DNA of 64,000 nucleotides from Clostridia bacterium (GTDB taxonomy: Bacteria; Bacillota; Clostridia; UBA1212; UBA1255): NCBI GenBank assembly GCA_045546695.1, contig JAZQDE010000052.1, forward strand, positions 797 to 64,796, in the 5' to 3' direction. Position 1 is the stretch's first letter; each line of letters begins with the position of its first letter. The notes under the pieces were generated by a model. That model saw only the letters and a program-made list of their open reading frames with translations. It made no database searches and was not told where the DNA came from. This document shows, one piece after another, positions 1 to 11,630 of the stretch. Both the position numbers and the translations under genes were made by a program.

Positions 1-2
1 TT

Positions 3-3062
<3,060 letters not shown>

Positions 3063-3065
3063 AAT

Positions 3066-3100
3066 AAAAATCCCACCGAAAGTAAATCGGTGGGATTTTT
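3066..3100. terminator. Bidirectional intrinsic terminator between convergent lacZ and hup
   Basis: AAAAATCCCACCGA-aagtaaa-TCGGTGGGATTTTT is a perfect inverted repeat with A/T tracts on both sides. Confidence 0.9.
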
Positions 3101-3114
3101 CAAGCGGTATTTAA

Positions 3115-3390
3115 TTATTGATTAACAGCCTCTTTAAGAGCTTTGCCTGCTTTGAATGCAGGAACTTTGCAAGCTGCGATTGTGATTGCTTCGCCTGTCA
3201 AAGGATTCTTGCCTTCTCTTGCTGCGCGGGCGCGAGCTTCAAAAGTACCAAAACCAGGCAACTGAACTTTGTCACCGGCAGCGATTGCCTTTGTGATAGC
3301 ATCAAATGTTGCTGCTACAGCTGCTGCTGCGTCTTTTTTGGATACGTTTGTAGCTTCTGCTACAGCTGCGATTAATTCTGTTTTGTTCAT
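3115..3390 (-). CDS. hup: DNA-binding protein HU
   Basis: [13 protein letters not shown]...[10 protein letters not shown]...GKNPLTGE...[19 protein letters not shown] precedes the ATG at 3390; the ORF-track extension to 3471 is not used. Confidence 0.97.
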   Translation of the reverse strand: MNKTELIAAVAEATNVSKKDAAAAVAATFDAITKAIAAGDKVQLPGFGTFEARARAAREGKNPLTGEAITIAACKVPAFKAGKALKEAVNQ

Positions 3391-3432
3391 AATTAGCCTC
3401 CCTAAAATTATTTGATTTGCTTTTATGTTTGT

Positions 3433-3461
3433 ATTATATATCTTTGTGCAATATTTGTCAA
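3433..3461 (-). promoter_or_regulatory. Sigma-A promoter of hup
   Basis: Perfect consensus TTGACA-17 bp-TATAAT on the minus strand. Confidence 0.85.
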
Positions 3462-3473
3462 AATATGCCAATC

Positions 3474-4274
3474 TTATCTGAGCACTCCTATAATCGGGCT
3501 ACAATCATCAAGTACCAGATCCGGCTTAACGTCGGATTCGTTCAGAATCTCCACTGTCGTCTCGCCGCTCAATACAAGCACGCTGATTGTGCCGGCATTA
3601 ACGCCACTTTTTACATCAGTATAAATTCTGTCTCCGATAACAACCGTGTGCTCTTTTGTTACGCCTGCGTGGTCCATGGCAAGAATTGGCATCAAGGGCT
3701 CAGGCTTGCCTATCACAACCGGGCGCTTTTTAGTAGCGTTATAAATCATATCGCAGAAGCTGCCGCAATCAGGTACGCTGCCATATTCTGTCGGGCATAC
3801 GTAGTCGGGATTCGTGGCAATATATGGAACGTCACGACTTAAAAGAATCTTGCACATATCTTCCAGTTTCTTGAAAGTAAGCTCCGTATCGTTTCCGATT
3901 ACAATGCAGTCAACCTCGTCGAGCTTGTCCGTAACAGTAAAGCCCTCGTACTCAAGCTCCTTTATAAGCGATACTGTGCCACATACGTAAAGTCTTGCAT
4001 CTTTGTGATATTTTTTAAGGTAATAAGCCGTAGCCTGAGAAGAAGTAATAAAATCTTCACGGCTTGACGGGATACCAAGTTTTTCCAGCTTTTTGATATA
4101 ATCAGCTACACTTTTAGAGGAATTATTTGTCATAAACATATAGCGTCTGCCTGTTTCTTTGATAGTAGACAGAAGCTCCTTCGTAAATGTGAAAAGACGG
4201 TCTCCCAGATAGAGAGTGCCGTCCATATCAAATAAAAACAATTCTACGTCTTTTAAAATCGAAATATCTTTCAT
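3474..4274 (-). CDS. HAD-IIA family phosphatase (NagD/AraL-like)
   Basis: [25 protein letters not shown] and [10 protein letters not shown] motifs. Start chosen at MKDISIL, just after the upstream stop codon. Confidence 0.88.
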   Translation of the reverse strand: MKDISILKDVELFLFDMDGTLYLGDRLFTFTKELLSTIKETGRRYMFMTNNSSKSVADYIKKLEKLGIPSSREDFITSSQATAYYLKKYHKDARLYVCGTVSLIKELEYEGFTVTDKLDEVDCIVIGNDTELTFKKLEDMCKILLSRDVPYIATNPDYVCPTEYGSVPDCGSFCDMIYNATKKRPVVIGKPEPLMPILAMDHAGVTKEHTVVIGDRIYTDVKSGVNAGTISVLVLSGETTVEILNESDVKPDLVLDDCSPIIGVLR

Positions 4275-4278
4275 AAAT

Positions 4279-4656
4279 TTACTCCACATCTTTAGTTGCA
4301 ATAATTTTTGTACCTGCCACATTATCACATAATTCGTCGCCTATTTCAACGGGAGCTTTAGCTTCAAGCGAGCGGATAACCTTCATAACGTCAAAAATCT
4401 TATCCTTTGCAACGGGATCTTTTGTCTTTACGCTGACCATAACACCCGGCCTGTTCGCCACGCGCACTGTAGAAGTGATACTTCTTTGCGGATTGGTACA
4501 TTCTGTAATCGCATATACCTCTCCGCGTTTGCACGCGTTGCCGGTCACCACAATCTCGCATCCGGGCTTACCCATATCAGCTAAGGAACAATCAGGAATA
4601 TTAGCACACAGTTTGCAGCCACGGGGGCAAATAATACAAATCAATTCTTTTTTCAT
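4279..4656 (-). CDS. DUF1667 family CxxC metal-binding protein (third subunit of the clostridial GlpA-type cluster)
   Basis: LICIICPRGC...GNACKRGEVYA...TSTVRV; overlaps the stop codon of the upstream oxidoreductase. Confidence 0.85.
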   Translation of the reverse strand: MKKELICIICPRGCKLCANIPDCSLADMGKPGCEIVVTGNACKRGEVYAITECTNPQRSITSTVRVANRPGVMVSVKTKDPVAKDKIFDVMKVIRSLEAKAPVEIGDELCDNVAGTKIIATKDVE

Positions 4657-5921
4657 TTCGCGCTCTCCCCCTTAACAACAATCTTCTTAGAATCTGCAAT
4701 CACAGATAAATCAACGGTAATCTTTTCCATTTCACCTGGCATCGCACGCATCTTCGTAGACTTTGCGATGATATTTCCCTTGTCGTCACACACGGTGAAA
4801 AGTGTGCGGCCCATCGGCTCTGTTACTCTCATATAAAGGTCAACTTTACCTTCATTTTCACCAATTTTTAACTTCTGTGGAAGAACATAACGTATCTTTT
4901 CACCGGCATCAACATTGATAACAGATTCAGCCTGCGCAACACACTCATTTTTAACATACAAAGCAGCACCACGGCCCGCAAGTTCGGCCTCGTCAGAAAC
5001 GTAGTCAACAAGGTCATGCACCTGAAGGACGTTTCCGCAGGCGAAGATGCCATCGACCGTAGTCTGTCTGTCCTGGTAAACAATGGCTCCGCCCGTCACC
5101 GGATTGATGGCAATACCTGCCATTTTTGTAAGCTCGTTTTCAGGAATAAGGCCAACGGACAGCAGCAGAGTATCACACTCAATATAACGCTTCGTACTTT
5201 CAATAATCCGCCTGTTTTCATCAACTTCGGCAATAGTAACGCCTTCAAGACGCGTTTTTCCATGAATCTGCGCAACTGTATGGCTCAGATACAGCGGAAT
5301 AGAATAATCTTCAAGGCACTGAACGATGTTACGCGTAAGGCCACCGGAATATGGCATAATCTCACAAACCGCTTCGACTTTTGCTCCTTCTAATGTCATG
5401 CGGCGTGCCATGATAAGACCGATGTCGCCCGAACCAAGTATAACGACCTTTTTACCGACTGAATATCCTTCACAATTGATGAGCTTCTGTGCTGTACCTG
5501 CGCTGAAGACGCCGGCAGGACGAGTACCGGGGATGTTCAATGCGCCGCGGCTTCTCTCTCTGCAGCCCATCGCCAGAATAACAGCCTTTGCCTGAATTTT
5601 CATGATTCCCTGCCTGTTTGTGGCAATAACAAGCTTGTCTTTTGTAATCTCTACGACCATAGTATCCGGATAAACTTTGATATTACGCTCGCGGACACGT
5701 TTTGCGTACTCCGCAGCATATTCCGGACCGGTCAGCTCTCTTCCCAATTTATGTAAGCCAAAGCCACTGTGGACACATTGCTTCAATATGCCACCGATAC
5801 TCTCTTCTCTGTCAATAATAGCGACGTCCGTAACGCCGCTGTCCCACACACTGCAGGCTGCGGCCATTCCGGCAGGACCACCGCCGATTACAATAACATC
5901 ATGCTTAACGATATTTTTCAT
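4653..5921 (-). CDS. NAD(P)/FAD-dependent oxidoreductase (partner subunit of glycerol-3-phosphate dehydrogenase)
   Basis: VIGGGPAGMAAA, GGILKQCVHSGFG, LAMGCRER, ILGSGDIGLIMARR and FACGNVLQVHDLVD motifs. Confidence 0.88.
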   Translation of the reverse strand: MKNIVKHDVIVIGGGPAGMAAACSVWDSGVTDVAIIDREESIGGILKQCVHSGFGLHKLGRELTGPEYAAEYAKRVRERNIKVYPDTMVVEITKDKLVIATNRQGIMKIQAKAVILAMGCRERSRGALNIPGTRPAGVFSAGTAQKLINCEGYSVGKKVVILGSGDIGLIMARRMTLEGAKVEAVCEIMPYSGGLTRNIVQCLEDYSIPLYLSHTVAQIHGKTRLEGVTIAEVDENRRIIESTKRYIECDTLLLSVGLIPENELTKMAGIAINPVTGGAIVYQDRQTTVDGIFACGNVLQVHDLVDYVSDEAELAGRGAALYVKNECVAQAESVINVDAGEKIRYVLPQKLKIGENEGKVDLYMRVTEPMGRTLFTVCDDKGNIIAKSTKMRAMPGEMEKITVDLSVIADSKKIVVKGESAK

Positions 5922-5933
5922 AGCGGCCTCCTT

Positions 5934-7373
5934 TTATATCTTACCAATGGCAATATATGAATCATTGCCTTTTTTTGTAACTTCTTCAAACGGAATATTG
6001 CGTTCGCGGGCAATCAACGCCATTACGTACGGCATACAGAAGCCACCCTGGCATCTTCCCATGCCTGCGCGCGTTCTGCGCTTTACACTGTCAACGTCAA
6101 GAGCGCCCGGATTGCGTCTGATAGCGTCAAGTATTTCACCTTCACTCACGCCCTCACAGCGGCATACAATCTTACCATATTCTGGGTGCTCTTTGATGAA
6201 AAGATCCTTATCTTCATAGGACATTTCACGGAAAGCATCTGTATTTTCACGAATTGGATTCCAGTCAGCCTTCTCTTTGAGTGTCAAGTCATTTTCCTTG
6301 AGAAGCCTAATTACGTACTCTGCGATTGCAAAGCACGAAGTAAGGCCGGGCGAATCAATCGCAGCGACGTGAATGAGCCCTGCAACCTTCTTTGAAGCCT
6401 CAATAATAAAGTCGCCGTTCTTTTCAGACGACCTGATGCCGGCAAAAGACGTGATAACCTGCCTGAAATTACCATTCGGCACGCTCCTGCGGGCTGATTT
6501 TATAACTTTATCAATACCATTTTGTGTAATATTGTTCATTTCCGGAGATTCAACCTGCTCGGCTGTCGGGCCGGTCAGGAGGTTGCCGTCGACAGTCGGA
6601 GATACAAGAATTCCCTTGCTATCTTTGTTCGGCACTGTGAAAATCGTATGACTCACAGTCGCACCTTCTGTCCTGTCAAGCAGCAGATATTCGCCATTTC
6701 TTGGCATAATCGCAAAAAAATCATCGCCGGCTTTTTTTGCAATAATGTCTGAATACGCGCCGGCGCAGTTTATAAAGAACCTGCCTGTCACCTTTTCACC
6801 GGTACAAGACGTTATGGTGAAAAAGTCGCCGGTCTTTTCTATAGTATCTATATTAAAATTACGCTTAAGACAAACGCCGTTGTCCATTGCGTTACCCATG
6901 GCAGCTATGGCAAGTCTGTACGGGCAGATAATGCCGGCAGACGGTACCAGAAGCGCGCGGTATATATCGCCTGACAACTCAGGCTCAAGCGCCAGGGCCT
7001 CTTTTGCAGACAAAATCTGCATCCCTTCTACTCCGTTTTGAATGCCGCGCGAATAGAGCTCGTCAATCGTCTGTGCTTCTTCTTCGTTAAAAGCACACAC
7101 AATTGAGCCGCACTTTTTATACGGAACGTTGAGCTCGTCTGCAGCCTTGTAGATAAGATCGACGCCCCTTACGTTCATCTTTGCCTTCAGCGTATCGGGT
7201 TTCGGGTCAAACCCACCGTGAATAATTCCGCTATTTGCCTTAGTCGCGCCCATAGCAACATCATTTTCTTTTTCTAAAACACAAACCGAGATTTTATATT
7301 TTGATAATTCTCTTGCAAGCGCCGACCCGGTTACGCCGGCGCCTACAATGATCACGTCATAAAGCACTTTCAC
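5934..7373 (-). CDS. FAD-dependent oxidoreductase with C-terminal BFD-like [2Fe-2S] domain; probable glycerol-3-phosphate dehydrogenase (GlpA/LhgO-like)
   Basis: IVGAGVTG, ATKANSGIIHGG and C-terminal VCRCEGVSEGEI...RAGMGRCQGGFC; downstream of glpP. Confidence 0.85.
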   Translation of the reverse strand: MKVLYDVIIVGAGVTGSALARELSKYKISVCVLEKENDVAMGATKANSGIIHGGFDPKPDTLKAKMNVRGVDLIYKAADELNVPYKKCGSIVCAFNEEEAQTIDELYSRGIQNGVEGMQILSAKEALALEPELSGDIYRALLVPSAGIICPYRLAIAAMGNAMDNGVCLKRNFNIDTIEKTGDFFTITSCTGEKVTGRFFINCAGAYSDIIAKKAGDDFFAIMPRNGEYLLLDRTEGATVSHTIFTVPNKDSKGILVSPTVDGNLLTGPTAEQVESPEMNNITQNGIDKVIKSARRSVPNGNFRQVITSFAGIRSSEKNGDFIIEASKKVAGLIHVAAIDSPGLTSCFAIAEYVIRLLKENDLTLKEKADWNPIRENTDAFREMSYEDKDLFIKEHPEYGKIVCRCEGVSEGEILDAIRRNPGALDVDSVKRRTRAGMGRCQGGFCMPYVMALIARERNIPFEEVTKKGNDSYIAIGKI

Positions 7374-7377
7374 ATCT

Positions 7378-7433
7378 CCACTATTTTCGATTAATCTTTC
7401 ACTACTATTTATGTTAAACTTTCAATACTATTT
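7378..7433. repeat. Imperfect tandem repeat, 23-bp period, about 2.4 copies
   Basis: cgaTTAAtCTTTCAcTACTATTT (7388-7410) and atgTTAAaCTTTCAaTACTATTT (7411-7433), preceded by a partial copy ACTATTT. Confidence 0.6.
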
Positions 7434-7437
7434 TTAT

Positions 7438-7998
7438 TTACAGTTCCCAGAGGTCCTGTTTGCCGGATGAAACGGCGACTGCTCCACATTTGAGAGCGTT
7501 TGTAATCTCTTGCTTGGTCTCAATGAGTCCGCCGGCTATGACGGGAATCTGGCCGGTGGCAAAACGGGAAACTATTTTATCGATAACACCGGGCATGATT
7601 TCAATAAAGTCGGGGCTTGCCGCTTGTGTTATTTCTGAAATAGCAGATACTCCTTGCGAATCCAATGCGAAGAAACGTTGTACGGTAAGAAGGCCAACTT
7701 CTTTGGCCATTTTTACCATATTGCTTTTTGTGGTGATGATACCATCTACACCACATGCTGCGAGAAATTCGATTCCGATCTTGTCCTTACCAATTCCTTC
7801 CGATAAATCAATGTGAACAAACACTTTTTTGTCTGCCTGGTGTGCGTCTTTTGTACGACTTCTGATCGTTCTCAGATTTGCCTTAAGACAAAAAATGGTT
7901 TTTACCGGTGATTCTATGGCGGACTTCCAATCTTCTGCGTGAACAGCAGCTATAACAGGTGCTTGTTCAAGCCAATCGAGCATTTCATTTTTTTCCAT
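7438..7998 (-). CDS. glpP: Glycerol-3-phosphate-responsive antiterminator
   Basis: PVIAAV, VFVHIDLSEGI, GIITTK, TVQRFFALDS, IEIMPG and IAGGLI motifs; RBS AGGAGG 8 nt before the ATG at 7998. Confidence 0.92.
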   Translation of the reverse strand: MEKNEMLDWLEQAPVIAAVHAEDWKSAIESPVKTIFCLKANLRTIRSRTKDAHQADKKVFVHIDLSEGIGKDKIGIEFLAACGVDGIITTKSNMVKMAKEVGLLTVQRFFALDSQGVSAISEITQAASPDFIEIMPGVIDKIVSRFATGQIPVIAGGLIETKQEITNALKCGAVAVSSGKQDLWEL

Positions 7999-8019
7999 AT
8001 CTCTCACCTCCTTACAATG

Positions 8020-8080
8020 AAAAAAGGAGACACAAAAGAACGCTTCCCATTTTCCAGGCGCCCTTTCGCATCTCCATCAC
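8020..8080 (-). promoter_or_regulatory. Leader terminator/attenuator upstream of glpP (probable GlpP target)
   Basis: Minus-strand RNA GGAGAUGCGAAAGGGCGC pairs over 18 bp (including G-U) with GCGUUCUUUUGUGUCUCC and is followed by UUUUUU. It lies between the promoter and the glpP RBS. Confidence 0.75.
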
Positions 8081-8092
8081 TCGCATATTGTG

Positions 8093-8121
8093 ATGATATA
8101 ACTAATTATATGAAAAGTCAA
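8093..8121 (-). promoter_or_regulatory. Sigma-A promoter of the glpP operon
   Basis: TTGACT-17 bp-TATCAT on the minus strand. Confidence 0.65.
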
Positions 8122-8129
8122 TATTTCAT

Positions 8130-8158
8130 TTGACTATATCTACTTGTAAAGTTAAAAT
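8130..8158 (+). promoter_or_regulatory. Sigma-A promoter of the 8188-10654 operon
   Basis: TTGACT-17 bp-TAAAAT. Confidence 0.7.
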
Positions 8159-8187
8159 ATTATATGATTATTCAATAAGGTGATTAT

Positions 8188-9018
8188 ATGTATGTTTGCG
8201 GTCTTGTAGGACCAAGCGGTACCGGAAAAAGTCATAGGGCGCTGTGGGTAGCAAAAGAGCACGACATCGATTATATTATCGATGACGGTCTTTTGATATG
8301 CGGCAATGGTATTGTTGCCGGCAAATCTGCCAAGCGTGAAAAAACGAGAGTCGGCGCCGTAAAAACTGCCGTTTTCACTGACGATGATCACACATTTGAA
8401 GTTGCCCAGGCACTTAAGCTCAGAAACGTCGAGAGGCTTCTGATTCTCGGCACATCCGACGGTATGGTGGCAAAGATTGCCAAGCGTCTCGGCCTGCACG
8501 GAATCGACGAGACTGTCTATATAAATGACATTTCCAGCCAGTACGAGATTCAGCAGGCACTCAACACGCGCCGTAATCAGGGTAAGCATGTTATCCCCGT
8601 CCCTACGATGGAACTCAAAAAAGGTTTTTCAGGCCTGATGCTCGACCCGCTTAACATTCTTCAGCGCAAGGGCCTCGGTGATTTTGAAGTTATGGGTGAA
8701 AAGTCGGTTATCCGCCCGACGTACAGCTATCTAGGAAAATATACCATTTCCGATTACACAATTTACCAGCTTTCCGAGCATGCGATAAAAGAAGTAGAGG
8801 GAGTCAGTGTCATCACACGTTTCCGCGCAGAGAAAGCAGAAGATGGCATACGGATTGATGCAGATTTAGTGCTTTTTTACGGATATAACATCCCGGAGCT
8901 CCTGAAAACCGCCAAAAAAGTTGTAAAAACCGAAATAGAAAAATTCACAGCCCTCAATGTGACACGAATCACTCTGACTGCAAAAAGTTTAGTAATGAAA
9001 AAGAAGGAGACTACCTGA
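8188..9018 (+). CDS. P-loop NTPase fused to a C-terminal Asp23/Gls24 domain
   Basis: Walker A GPSGTGKS and IIDDGLL; the C-terminal GKYTISDYTIYQLSEHAIKEVEGV...DLVLFYGYNIPE...VKTEIEKFT resembles Asp23. Confidence 0.75.
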   Translation: MYVCGLVGPSGTGKSHRALWVAKEHDIDYIIDDGLLICGNGIVAGKSAKREKTRVGAVKTAVFTDDDHTFEVAQALKLRNVERLLILGTSDGMVAKIAKRLGLHGIDETVYINDISSQYEIQQALNTRRNQGKHVIPVPTMELKKGFSGLMLDPLNILQRKGLGDFEVMGEKSVIRPTYSYLGKYTISDYTIYQLSEHAIKEVEGVSVITRFRAEKAEDGIRIDADLVLFYGYNIPELLKTAKKVVKTEIEKFTALNVTRITLTAKSLVMKKKETT

Positions 9019-9021
9019 TTT

Positions 9022-9777
9022 ATGAAGGAAACAATTTATACAATTCCTGTAAACGAAGCATACGATGTCAAATGCGAATGTCCGCTTTGCCTTTTAGAAC
9101 ATAGATTTGAAACAGACCGCGTAAATTATTATCTCGGTCCCTCCCTTATGGAGCCGGAAAACCGCATTGAAACAAACAAAAAAGGCTTCTGCGGCAAACA
9201 TTTTTCTATGATGTACAATACTCAGACAAACCGCCTCGGTCTCGGTCTGATTATTGATACGTATCTTCAGGAGCAAAACGAAAAGCTCGAAAAGCTTTTC
9301 AATGACTTTGACCGCGTTGCCGGTGAAAAAAAGTCTCTTTTCGCTTCTTTCAAAGGTTCAAATGCAGCCGATGACGCAGCCACAAAGATTTCAAAGCATC
9401 TTGACAGCCACCTCGATGAATGTTGTATCTGTAAAGATCTGGTATATATAATGGACAGATACGTTGAGATTATCCTCCACCTCTTTTTCAGCGAAAAGGA
9501 TTTCCGTGAAAAATTTGAAAGTGGTCTCGGTTATTGTATCCCCCACCTGAATATGTTAATTAAAGGTAGCGAAAAACATCTCGGGCCTGCCAGACGTTCA
9601 GAATTCCTGACTTCACTTTTTAAGTTACAAAGAGAAAATATGCAAAGAATCCAGGAGGAAGTCAACTGGTTTACGAAGAAATTCGACTATCGTAACAACG
9701 ATGCTCCATGGGGCAATTCAAAAGACAGCATAAGCCGCAGTATCAAAAAAATCACAGGAGCCAAAGAGCTTGAATAA
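9022..9777 (+). CDS. DUF6062 family protein (duplicated Cys/His clusters)
   Basis: MKETIYTIPVNEAY..CECPLC..FCGKH and ECCIC..YCIPH; ends with WFTKKFDYRN..PWG. Confidence 0.75.
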   Translation: MKETIYTIPVNEAYDVKCECPLCLLEHRFETDRVNYYLGPSLMEPENRIETNKKGFCGKHFSMMYNTQTNRLGLGLIIDTYLQEQNEKLEKLFNDFDRVAGEKKSLFASFKGSNAADDAATKISKHLDSHLDECCICKDLVYIMDRYVEIILHLFFSEKDFREKFESGLGYCIPHLNMLIKGSEKHLGPARRSEFLTSLFKLQRENMQRIQEEVNWFTKKFDYRNNDAPWGNSKDSISRSIKKITGAKELE

Positions 9778-10654
9778 TCTTCCGGTTTATATAGTAAATA
9801 ATGTTAAAGATTTTGAACCTGACCACGTTTTTGACTGTGGTCAGGCTTTTCGTTGGGAAAAATTGTCATCAGAAGGTCGTGAAATGTACGTAGGTGTTGC
9901 AGGTGGACACGTCGCAGCCATTTCATACGATGACAAGTCTTATACATTGACACTTGCAAATGTTACCGAAGAAGAATATCTGTCATTCTGGCATCATTAT
10001 CTCGACCTTGATACAGATTATTCTTCAATTAAGGATTCGCTTGCGTTCCTCGATGACAACATGAAACAAGCCGTCGCATATGGTCACGGCATACGACTTT
10101 TGCGCCAGGAATTCTTCGAAACGTTGATTTCTTTCATTATTTCTGCAAATAATAACATTCCGCGTATCAAAAAGTGTATCGAAAATCTTTCGGTAACTTT
10201 TGGAAACAAGATTGATGTGCCGGAGGCTTTTCACCAATATGTGGGAATACATAAAGACTACTATGCTTTCCCCTCCTGGGAGGCACTGTCAAGTGTAACG
10301 CCTGAACAGATAAGTGACGCCTGTAAAGCAGGATACCGCTGTCCGTACATCGTAAAAAGTGCGGAAAATTATGGTAATGCGCTTGCAGGAGGCGTCAGTC
10401 TGCCTGTTACAGAAAAAGAGATTATGCTCTACCCCGGAGTCGGCCCGAAAGTAGCTGACTGCGTGCTGCTTTTCACCGCACAGAACAGAAACGTCTTCCC
10501 TGTTGACGTGTGGGTACGCAGAGTCATGAGCAGACTTTACAATCAGGAAGACTCTATATCAGGCGTGCACAAATATGCCCATGAACATTTCGGCGACTTG
10601 CAGGGGTATGCACAGCAATATCTCTTCTATTACATCAGAAGTCTTGAAAACTAA
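9770..10654 (+). CDS. ogg: 8-oxoguanine DNA glycosylase (OGG_N plus HhH-GPD)
   Basis: FDCGQAFRW, ISFIISANNNIPRI, HhH motif PGVGPKVADC, FPVDVWV and YAQQYLF. Confidence 0.9.
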   Translation: MNNLPVYIVNNVKDFEPDHVFDCGQAFRWEKLSSEGREMYVGVAGGHVAAISYDDKSYTLTLANVTEEEYLSFWHHYLDLDTDYSSIKDSLAFLDDNMKQAVAYGHGIRLLRQEFFETLISFIISANNNIPRIKKCIENLSVTFGNKIDVPEAFHQYVGIHKDYYAFPSWEALSSVTPEQISDACKAGYRCPYIVKSAENYGNALAGGVSLPVTEKEIMLYPGVGPKVADCVLLFTAQNRNVFPVDVWVRRVMSRLYNQEDSISGVHKYAHEHFGDLQGYAQQYLFYYIRSLEN

Positions 10655-11332
10655 TCAAATCAGTTTGAACGTGCCTTCCATATAAAGGATAATAAACAGC
10701 GTAGTAAGTACAATTGTAAGGACTGCGCCTACAACAAGGAGCACCGTCCTGAATCCGAATTTGAATTCTTTTCCTGACGAGTGTATGAGTCTTGCCCGCC
10801 TTAGCGCAGTTATGAGCGGCTTATAAAGCAAGAGCATCAATGACGCATTCATGAGTGCTTTGCTGAGATTAAACGGAAGCAATGTCTTTGCCAGCATATC
10901 GACAACAGCGCTCATATCTGTTCCCATAAAATGGGGCGTTATGAAAAGGTTTGCAAGGAGCATCACTGCCGTCACCGAGAACACCGCTGTAACAGCCGCA
11001 ATCAGCGCGCCGCTGAAGCTCCGTCTGTATTTGTATATCACACCTACCGCCAGCGCAAATGTACCTGTCGAAAGGAAATTCATTATAAATCCGTAAATTC
11101 CTGTATCGCTGACCGTTATCATCTCAAGTAGCGCAACTACAAAAGCAGATATAATCCCCACTATCGGGCCGTTTATTAATGATGAGATTGCTATTATAGC
11201 ATCTTTGAAGTCAAAAGTAAGAAAACTAACCTTGAATCTGAATACAAAAATTGCCAGATAAGCAAGCGCACACAGCATAGCGGCAACGGCAATTTTCTTC
11301 GTGTCGAATAATCTCTTTGTTTGATTTTGCAT
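10655..11332 (-). CDS. ribU: Riboflavin ECF transporter S component
   Basis: Multi-TM S-component sequence (FLTFDFKD, GPIVG, PFNLSKA) directly downstream of an FMN riboswitch. ATG at 11332. Confidence 0.88.
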   Translation of the reverse strand: MQNQTKRLFDTKKIAVAAMLCALAYLAIFVFRFKVSFLTFDFKDAIIAISSLINGPIVGIISAFVVALLEMITVSDTGIYGFIMNFLSTGTFALAVGVIYKYRRSFSGALIAAVTAVFSVTAVMLLANLFITPHFMGTDMSAVVDMLAKTLLPFNLSKALMNASLMLLLYKPLITALRRARLIHSSGKEFKFGFRTVLLVVGAVLTIVLTTLFIILYMEGTFKLI

Positions 11333-11342
11333 AATAAAAACA

Positions 11343-11457
11343 CTCCTTCTCCCGTCCGGACTGTACCGTCGGCTCCGGAATTTGACCGGATCAACCTGCC
11401 ATGCAGGCTCGCGGGCTATACCGCCGGTGAGGATTTGCACCTCGCCCTGAAGACTAT
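11343..11457 (-). ncRNA. FMN riboswitch (RFN element)
   Basis: Minus strand TCTTCAGGGCGAGGTGCAAATCCTCACCGGCGGTATAGCCCGCGAGC...GATCCGGTCAAATTCCGGAGCCGACGGTACAGTCCGGACGGGAGAAGG matches the RFN consensus. Confidence 0.96.
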
Positions 11458-11460
11458 GTC

Positions 11461-11489
11461 ATAATACACCATTATAATATGTAAATCAA
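11461..11489 (-). promoter_or_regulatory. Sigma-A promoter of ribU
   Basis: TTGATT-17 bp-TATTAT immediately upstream of the riboswitch. Confidence 0.7.
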
Positions 11490-11567
11490 GATGAAAATGA
11501 TTACAGATAGTATGCAACTATAATCCTGCCCGCAAATCCTTGTAGGTTTGTCAAATTTTATATTAAC

Positions 11568-11596
11568 TTGCATCGTTTATATATGTATGATACGAT
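11568..11596 (+). promoter_or_regulatory. Probable sigma-A promoter inside the cassette
   Basis: TTGCAT-17 bp-TACGAT, 34 nt upstream of the ATG at 11631. Confidence 0.55.
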
Positions 11597-11630
11597 AAAA
11601 AAATCAACTCAACTTAAAAGGAAGGTCATT

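Noticed and set aside
3391-3471. 27-aa N-terminal extension of HU
   Set aside because: It overlaps the hup promoter; the canonical MNKTEL start with a strong SD is at 3390.
11333-11440. N-terminal extension of ribU in the ORF track
   Set aside because: It runs through the FMN riboswitch; the SD-supported start is the ATG at 11332.
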